DNA of 13,797 nt from a virus: UHGV virus genome UHGV-0071160; one strand, 5' to 3'. Both the position numbers and the translations under genes were made by a program. Positions 6,851-12,242 of the stretch are shown here, piece by piece. The notes beneath the pieces are model-generated. The model was not told where the DNA came from and did not search any database. It saw only the letters and a list, made by a program, of their open reading frames with translations. The stretch's first letter is position 1, and every line of letters begins with the position of its first letter.

Positions 6851-7666
6851 ATGAATCAGTTGCTTGTAATTGATGGCGTTTCTGTGCGCCAGTACTTCGA
6901 ATCTAACTACTGTCTTAACGACCTTCAGAAAGCTGCTCTTCTTGCCGCTGGTGAGAATCGCTCCTCCCGTTCGCTGGAAGTTCACGAGTTTATGCGTCGT
7001 CCTGAAACGAAGGCTCTTGTGGAATTATTGGAAGAAGAAACTACGGGAGATTCCCGTAGTATTCCTGTCATCACCATTCAGGGGCGCAATGGTGGGACGT
7101 ATGTCTGTAAAGAGCTGGTCTATGCATATGCAATGTGGATCAGCCCGGCATTCAGCTTAAAAGTGATACGTACTTTTGATGCGCTTCATAATTCATCACC
7201 AGAAGAAACCACATCCGACAAAATTAAATCCGGGGTCATTCTGCTTGAATCAGCAGCAAAGACTCTAAATCTGTCAAACTCCTCGAAACTTGGTGCATAC
7301 CAGAAATTATCAAAGGTAGCTGGTCTTCCTGAACTTATGCCGATCTATGCCATTGATGCACCTGCTGATGCGCCAGATGGTTCAAGCCGCCCTACGCTGT
7401 CGCTGAGTGCACTGCTGAAGCAGTATGGTATCCGCCTGACGGCTAATCAGGCATATCACCAGATGGCGAAGCTGGGGATCGTTGAACAACGCGAACGATA
7501 CAGCCGTACCGCGATTAACAACATCAAAAAATTCTGGTCGCTGACAGCGAAAGGCTGCATGTTCGGCAAGAACATCACCAGTCCTGCAAATCCGCGCGAG
7601 ACGCAGCCGCATTTCTTCGAATCCCGATTCCCTGAGCTGTTAAAGCTGCTCGATACCGTTCATTGA
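6851..7666 (+). CDS. KilA-N domain protein (Roi/antirepressor-like)
   Basis: N-terminal KilA-N-like signature (VIDGVSVRQYF ... IQGRNGGTYVCKELVYAYAMWISPAF); ATG 6851 with GGAG 7 nt upstream (the track's GTG 6839 is an alternative). Confidence 0.8.
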   Translation: MNQLLVIDGVSVRQYFESNYCLNDLQKAALLAAGENRSSRSLEVHEFMRRPETKALVELLEEETTGDSRSIPVITIQGRNGGTYVCKELVYAYAMWISPAFSLKVIRTFDALHNSSPEETTSDKIKSGVILLESAAKTLNLSNSSKLGAYQKLSKVAGLPELMPIYAIDAPADAPDGSSRPTLSLSALLKQYGIRLTANQAYHQMAKLGIVEQRERYSRTAINNIKKFWSLTAKGCMFGKNITSPANPRETQPHFFESRFPELLKLLDTVH

Positions 7667-7667
7667 G

Positions 7668-8663
7668 GTGACCGTGAGAGCACTACTGACCCCTGAAATC
7701 GCCCCGCGTATGGGGATCGTATTGTTCAGGCCAGGTTCAGAGCTGATGCCCCTGTTTATGCAGGGGCGTGTCCTGCTGGAGCCTGAGCCGGAACGTTATT
7801 CATCTTTTGCCAGTGGTGCCGTTCCGGCATCATCACAACCGCTGGCGGATGATCCTGCCGTTCGGGCCGTGTTCCGCCATGAGGCGGTGATCCGTCGTGC
7901 TGGTGGCGTGGAATGCCTTGAGAGCTGGTTACTTCGTGAAAAGGGCTGTCAGTGGCCTCATTCCGACTGGCACAGCGAGAACATGACCACAATGCGGCAC
8001 GCGCCAGGCGCAATCCGTCTGTGCTGGCACTGTGACAATCTTCTCCGTGACCAGTTCACGGAACGGCTGGAAGCAATGGCAACGGATAACTGTGCCCGCT
8101 GGGTGTTGTCTGTTGTGCGCCGTGATCTTGGTTTTGATGACAGTCACGTTGTGACAATGCCGGAACTGTGCTGGTGGCTGGTTCGTAATGACCTGGCGGA
8201 TGCTTTACCGGAAAGTGCAGCCCGTAAGGCCCTGAGATTACCGAAGCCTGTTTTGCCGTCTGTCACCCGGGAGAGTGACCTTGTACCTTCGGTTACTGCC
8301 ACCAGTATTATCCGGGATAAAGCGAAAAAGGTGCTGGCGCTGAAAGTGGATCCGGAGTCGCCGGAGTCTTTTATGTTACGCCCCAAACGTCGTCGCTGGG
8401 TTAATGAAAAGTACACTCGCTGGGTTAAGACGCAGCCGTGTGCATGTTGTGGAAAGCCAGCTGATGATCCGCATCATCTGATTGGTCACGGCCAGGGTGG
8501 TATGGGGACAAAAGCGCATGATCTCTTTGTGTTGCCTTTGTGCAGAAAACACCATGACGAACTGCATGTGGATACCGTGGCATTTGAAGAGAAGTATGGT
8601 TCCCAACTGGAGCTGATATTTCGTTTTATCGATCGCGCACTGGCGATTGGTGTGCTGTCCTGA
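7668..8663 (+). CDS. DUF968-like (YdfU-like) prophage protein with C-terminal Cys/His HNH-like motif
   Basis: 331-aa ORF; C-terminus CACCGKPADDPHHLIGHGQGGMGTKAHDLFVLPLCRKHHDELH. Lies immediately upstream of Q, as ydfU does next to the Q homolog in E. coli Qin (recalled, not verified). Confidence 0.6.
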   Translation: MTVRALLTPEIAPRMGIVLFRPGSELMPLFMQGRVLLEPEPERYSSFASGAVPASSQPLADDPAVRAVFRHEAVIRRAGGVECLESWLLREKGCQWPHSDWHSENMTTMRHAPGAIRLCWHCDNLLRDQFTERLEAMATDNCARWVLSVVRRDLGFDDSHVVTMPELCWWLVRNDLADALPESAARKALRLPKPVLPSVTRESDLVPSVTATSIIRDKAKKVLALKVDPESPESFMLRPKRRRWVNEKYTRWVKTQPCACCGKPADDPHHLIGHGQGGMGTKAHDLFVLPLCRKHHDELHVDTVAFEEKYGSQLELIFRFIDRALAIGVLS

Positions 8664-8680
8664 TTTTGTGGAGAAAGTTG

Positions 8681-9073
8681 ATGCGTGATATTCAGATGGT
8701 TCTTGAACGCTGGGGGGCATGGGCGGCAAGTGGTAACACCGGGGTGGACTATTCTCCGATAGCTGCTGGATTTAAAGGCCTTTTACCATCCACCGCTAAA
8801 CCTCGCCCGGCCTGCAGCGATGATGACGGCCTTATCATCGAAAACTGCCTTACGCGCCTGAAGAAGAAAAAACCGGACGAGTATTCGCTGCTGGTAGCTC
8901 ATTATCTGCTGCGCATATCAAAAAGGCAGATTGCCAGAACAAGAAAGAAGAGCGAAAAGGCAATACGAATTGAGATGCAGATTGCTGAAGGATTTATTGA
9001 CGGATGTCTGTCGATGCTGGGTGTAAGGCTGGAGATGGACGACTGGCTGCCCAAAAAAGTAAAAAATGATTAG
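8681..9073 (+). CDS. Late-gene antiterminator Q (phage 82/21, QuuD-like type)
   Basis: N-terminus MRDIQMVLERWGAWAASGN...IAAGFKGL matches the recalled QuuD/Q family N-terminus. ATG 8681 has GGAG 8 nt upstream (the track's TTG 8666 is less likely). Followed by terminators and the late-region tRNA cluster. Confidence 0.8.
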   Translation: MRDIQMVLERWGAWAASGNTGVDYSPIAAGFKGLLPSTAKPRPACSDDDGLIIENCLTRLKKKKPDEYSLLVAHYLLRISKRQIARTRKKSEKAIRIEMQIAEGFIDGCLSMLGVRLEMDDWLPKKVKND

Positions 9074-9130
9074 CGCGGTCCGCAAAAAGTATGTCAGTAT
9101 GTTAAGAGTGGTTACTACGCCACACAACTT

Positions 9131-9156
9131 AAACCCGCCGCCTGGCGGGTTTTTTA
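9131..9156 (+). terminator. Intrinsic terminator downstream of Q
   Basis: Stem CCCGCC/GGCGGG (9134-9139 / 9144-9149), 4-nt loop, then TTTTTT (9150-9155). Confidence 0.6.
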
Positions 9157-9278
9157 TGACTGAAATCGCATCAGTACAGTAAACGTGCTGGTGGTGGTGA
9201 ATACCGGTCTTTCAGCTTGCTGGCTTTTTCGACAAGAGTTATTGGTGTGTCACGTTAACCGGAAAAGGGAAAAAGACA

Positions 9279-9475
9279 TGCTGAAACAGCAGGATATGAC
9301 CGAAACCGCCAGAGTGGTGTTTAATGAATTAAGTGCCACCGAACCGGCGACAGTCGGGGAGATTGCGCAGAATACTTACCTTTCACGCGAACGCTGCCAG
9401 TTAATACTGACCCAGCTGGTTATGGCGGGTCTGGCAGACTATCAGTTCGGTTGTTACAGACGCCTTCAGTCCTGA
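9279..9475 (+). CDS. Small putative winged-helix DNA-binding protein (65 aa)
   Basis: ATG 9279 with SD-like AAGGGA upstream; the ORF ends inside a strong terminator hairpin. Sequence (TVGEIAQNTYLSRERCQLILTQLVMAGLA) looks like a wHTH. The longer track version (GTG 9185) has no RBS. Confidence 0.5.
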
Positions 9476-9490
9476 AGGCTTTTTTATTTG
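9462..9490 (+). terminator. Intrinsic terminator (candidate tR'-equivalent) overlapping the stop of the small wHTH ORF
   Basis: Stem GCCTTCA/TGAAGGC (9462-9468 / 9473-9479), 4-nt loop, then TTTTTTATTTG. Confidence 0.65.
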
Positions 9491-9625
9491 TGGTAAATGG
9501 GCGGCTGGTGGGTGTTAGGGGCACTCACCAGCCATCTGCTCATGCGTCCGGATCACAAGCAAACCTCAGGCCCACTGCTTTGCGCAAAAGCAGAATGAGC
9601 CTATCAGAGACAGGCTTAATGATCC

Positions 9626-10684
9626 ATGCTTAATACTGTAAAAATATCCAGTTGTGAGTTAATCAACGCCGACTGCCTGGAATTTATCCGGTCGTTACCC
9701 GAAAATTCTGTTGACCTGATAGTCACGGACCCGCCGTACTTTAAAGTGAAGCCTGAGGGCTGGGATAACCAGTGGAAGGGCGACGATGATTACCTGAAAT
9801 GGCTGGACCAGTGTCTGGCGCAGTTCTGGCGGGTGCTGAAACCTGCCGGAAGTCTTTACCTGTTCTGTGGCCATCGCCTGGCGTCTGACATTGAAATCAT
9901 GATGCGTGAACGCTTCAATGTGCTGAACCATATTATCTGGGCGAAGCCGTCCGGACGCTGGAACGGGTGCAACAAGGAAAGCCTGAGGGCATATTTCCCC
10001 GCCACAGAGCGCATTCTGTTCGCGGAACATTATCAGGGGCCGTATCGCCCGAAAGATGCCGGGTATGAGGCGAAGGGCAGGGCACTGAAACAGCATGTGA
10101 TGGCCCCGCTGATTTCTTACTTTCGTGATGCGCGTGCTGCCCTGGGGATAACGGCAAAACAGATTGCTGATGCCACAGGAAAGAAAAACATGGTGTCGCA
10201 CTGGTTCAGTGCCAGCCAGTGGCAGCTACCGGACGAAAGCGATTATCTGAAATTACAGGCGCTGTTTGCCCGGGTGGCAGAAGATAAGCATCAGCGCGGA
10301 GAACTGGAAAAGCCACATCACCAACTGGTCAGCACATACAGTGAACTGAACCGGCAGTATACGGAACTGCAGAGTGAATATAAGCATCTGCGGCGGTATT
10401 TTGGTGTGACGGTGCAGGTGCCGTACACCGATGTGTGGACGCATAAACCGGTGCAGTACTATCCCGGGAAACATCCGTGCGAAAAACCGGCAGAAATGCT
10501 GCAGCAGATAATCAGCGCGAGCAGTCGTCCGGGTGACCTGGTTGCAGATTTCTTCATGGGGTCAGGTTCGACAGTCAAAGCAGCGATAGCGCTGGGACGT
10601 CGTGCAACTGGCGTTGAGCTGGAGACTGAGCGTTTTGAGCAGACGGTCAGGGAAGTTCAGAATTTAGTCAGTCAGAACGGATGA
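9626..10684 (+). CDS. Orphan beta-class DNA methyltransferase (N6-adenine or N4-cytosine; DPPY motif IV precedes FxGxG motif I)
   Basis: 352-aa ORF; DPPY at residues 35-38 (LIVTDPPYF) and C-terminal AdoMet motif (DLVADFFMGSGST), i.e. the circularly permuted beta-class order. No restriction-endonuclease-like ORF adjacent. Confidence 0.85.
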   Translation: MLNTVKISSCELINADCLEFIRSLPENSVDLIVTDPPYFKVKPEGWDNQWKGDDDYLKWLDQCLAQFWRVLKPAGSLYLFCGHRLASDIEIMMRERFNVLNHIIWAKPSGRWNGCNKESLRAYFPATERILFAEHYQGPYRPKDAGYEAKGRALKQHVMAPLISYFRDARAALGITAKQIADATGKKNMVSHWFSASQWQLPDESDYLKLQALFARVAEDKHQRGELEKPHHQLVSTYSELNRQYTELQSEYKHLRRYFGVTVQVPYTDVWTHKPVQYYPGKHPCEKPAEMLQQIISASSRPGDLVADFFMGSGSTVKAAIALGRRATGVELETERFEQTVREVQNLVSQNG

Positions 10685-10686
10685 TA

Positions 10687-10715
10687 TTGCAGAATTAGTT
10701 ACGTACCGTTATTAT
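10687..10715 (+). promoter_or_regulatory. Sigma70-like promoter for the tRNA cluster
   Basis: -35 TTGCAG (10687-10692), 17-bp spacer, -10 TATTAT (10710-10715), about 9 nt upstream of the first tRNA. Confidence 0.45.
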
Positions 10716-10724
10716 CCTATGCCC

Positions 10725-10800
10725 AGCCCTTTAGCTCAGTGGTGAGAGCGAGCGACTCATAATCGCCAGGTCGCTGGTTCAAATCCAGCAAGGGCCACCA
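10725..10800 (+). tRNA. tRNA with CAU anticodon (Ile2-type/Met; ileX/ileZ-like)
   Basis: Cloverleaf folded by hand: D-stem GCTC/GAGC, anticodon loop CTCATAA (U33, anticodon CAT), T-loop TTCAAAT, 3' CCA encoded. Near-identical in layout to E. coli tRNA-Ile2 as recalled. Position 1:72 is an A-C mismatch. Confidence 0.85.
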
Positions 10801-10809
10801 TATCACATA

Positions 10810-10886
10810 CCGCCATTAGCTCATCGGGATAGAGCGCCAGCCTTCGGAGCTGGCTGCGCGGGGTTCGAGTCCTCGATGGCGGTCCA
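10810..10886 (+). tRNA. tRNA-Arg (anticodon UCG)
   Basis: Perfect 7-bp acceptor stem CCGCCAT/ATGGCGG, anticodon stem CCAGC/GCTGG, loop CTTCGGA (anticodon TCG), T-loop TTCGAGT, CCA encoded. Confidence 0.85.
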
Positions 10887-10899
10887 TTATCAGCATCAT

Positions 10900-10976
10900 G
10901 CGTTGTTAGCTCAGCCGGACAGAGCAATTGCCTTCTAAGCAACCGGTCACTGGTTCGAATCCAGTACAACGCGCCA
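10900..10976 (+). tRNA. tRNA-Arg (anticodon UCU; argU/argO-like)
   Basis: Acceptor stem GCGTTGT/ACAACGC, anticodon loop CTTCTAA (anticodon TCT), T-loop TTCGAAT, CCA encoded. Confidence 0.85.
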
Positions 10977-10990
10977 GACTTATTTTTCCC

Positions 10991-11016
10991 GGCTCGCTTT
11001 TGCGGGCCTTTTTTGT
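10991..11016 (+). terminator. Intrinsic terminator after the tRNA cluster
   Basis: Stem GGCTCGC/GCGGGCC (one G-U pair), loop TTTT, followed by TTTTTTGT. Confidence 0.55.
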
Positions 11017-11146
11017 CTCCGCGCCACGCCCGGCGCATATCAACCACAGAGCCTTTCGGGGGTGAGCTTACGGAGTGGTCAGTGTGACTTTCTCTGTGGG
11101 CAGATCGCTCCCGGGCGTTGGCTCACCCACCCAAAGGAACGTCACA

Positions 11147-11578
11147 ATGCTTGGAATCTTCAAAAAGAAAACCCGCAGAGCGGCTGCGGAAATTAAAAAG
11201 TTTGAAAAACGCGATCTGGCACAGGCAGTGATTAACGCTGCATACCTGGTGGCTTATGCCGATGGTGAATGTGAGGCTTCCGAGAAAGCGAAGATCGAAC
11301 AGGTATTACGTAACCAGCCCACCTTGTCCGCGTTTACGTCAGAAATTAATGCGATTAGCGCAACCATTATCGGTCAGCTGGATACGAACTTTAAAATTGG
11401 TCGTCGAGCGGCGTTACGTGAGATCGAGGATGTGAAACACGATACGCGTGAAGCGGAAGACGTGCTGGATGTGGCGGTGGCCATTGCCGAAGCAGACGGC
11501 GAAATAGAGCCGGAAGAGCGCAAGGTGCTGGAAGAGATTGCCGGTGTTCTGGGCCTTCGTCTGGAGAATCATCTGTGA
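11147..11578 (+). CDS. TerB-like domain protein (tellurite-resistance TerB / DjlA-N-like fold), moron at the stx-equivalent position
   Basis: 143 aa from ATG 11147 (SD AAAGGA 7 nt upstream; the track's GTG 11075 is an in-frame upstream alternative). Two repeated A-x-ADGE motifs (AYADGECEASEKAKI and AEADGEIEPEERKVL) characteristic of TerB-like helical bundles. Confidence 0.7.
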   Translation: MLGIFKKKTRRAAAEIKKFEKRDLAQAVINAAYLVAYADGECEASEKAKIEQVLRNQPTLSAFTSEINAISATIIGQLDTNFKIGRRAALREIEDVKHDTREAEDVLDVAVAIAEADGEIEPEERKVLEEIAGVLGLRLENHL

Positions 11579-11586
11579 CGGTAAAA

Positions 11587-11739
11587 ATGCGTCTGGCTGT
11601 GGTTGCGCTCCTGCTGTTTCTGGTGGTGATGGTGGACTTCAGCAGCCGGATAATGTCAGTGCTGGCTGACGGTGTGCTGGTGGCGGGTGTGGTGGTTGTT
11701 GCTTCCCCGTTGCTGAAAAAGAAAGCATCAGGCGATTAG
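11587..11739 (+). CDS. Small hydrophobic peptide (50 aa, two predicted transmembrane helices, basic C-terminus)
   Basis: Not in the ORF track (under 60 aa). ATG 11587 is 8 nt after the TerB-like stop (in-frame GTG 11575 overlaps that stop). Sequence MRLAVVALLLFLVVMVDFSSRIMSVLADGVLVAGVVVVASPLLKKKASGD; followed by a terminator. Confidence 0.45.
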   Translation: MRLAVVALLLFLVVMVDFSSRIMSVLADGVLVAGVVVVASPLLKKKASGD

Positions 11740-11980
11740 CAGGGTATCAGTTACCCGTTGAAATTTTTAAATACCTCACAATTCAGGCGGTTGACTGTTG
11801 TCTGGTTTACGGGGAGTTTGTTAAAAGAAACTGGCATGGTGAATCCCCCTGTGCGGAGGGGCATATCAGCGACAGGTGTTTGGTCACACCCCTTATCCTT
11901 TCTGGTGCGGGTTCAGGTGCTGATACTGAACTCACCGGGAGGCACCCGGCACCATGCAATGGCACATAGCGCCACTCTCC

Positions 11981-12010
11981 AGCCCCTCTCCGGAGGGGCT
12001 TTCTTGTTGG
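11981..12010 (+). terminator. Intrinsic terminator (plus strand)
   Basis: Perfect 8-bp stem AGCCCCTC/GAGGGGCT (11981-11988 / 11993-12000), loop TCCG, followed by TTCTTGTTGG. Confidence 0.5.
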
Positions 12011-12012
12011 AT

Positions 12013-12041
12013 AAAAAAAAGCCCGCGCCGGGAAGCGCGGG
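12013..12041 (-). terminator. Intrinsic terminator (minus strand), convergent with the preceding one
   Basis: Stem CCCGCGC/GCGCGGG (12022-12028 / 12035-12041) preceded on the plus strand by A8 (12013-12020), giving hairpin plus U8 on the minus strand. Confidence 0.5.
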
Positions 12042-12242
12042 TGGCAAGGAATAAACAACAAAACGTGAAGTGATCAATTTTCAGCTGGCGAATAATACCT
12101 GATAGTAATCACTCTGCGCAACTGTATGGTCTTTTTCGTATTGCGGGCTGTAGTCATCCTCCTGTTTCTGAACCCTTGTCCATGACTGACGTCAGCCCGC
12201 ACCTTATCTTGATTGCATACACTATCCCTGCCGGGAGGAATA

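Noticed and set aside
9695-10474. Minus-strand ORFs (9695..10201 168 aa, 9933..10157, 10253..10474) antisense to the beta-class methyltransferase
   Set aside because: The plus-strand methyltransferase has unambiguous catalytic motifs; the antisense ORFs have no start context or recognisable domains.
10757-11047. Track ORF 10757..11047(-) of 96 aa
   Set aside because: It lies across the three tRNA genes and the terminator; it is an artefact of the open antisense frame.
11758-12061. Track ORFs 11758..12054(+) and 11807..12061(-)
   Set aside because: Both run through two strong terminator hairpins and GC-rich inverted repeats, have no RBS, and show low-complexity Gly/Pro/Arg-rich translations.
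12074-12157. 27-aa minus-strand ORF with AGGAGG directly abutting its ATG
   Set aside because: The Shine-Dalgarno spacing is zero, which is incompatible with initiation. It is more likely part of a non-coding minus-strand transcript, if transcribed at all.
10977-12242. Shiga toxin genes (stxA/stxB) expected between the tRNA cluster and nanS-p
   Set aside because: No ORF of appropriate size or sequence is present; the interval holds the TerB-like gene, a small peptide gene and a non-coding stretch instead.
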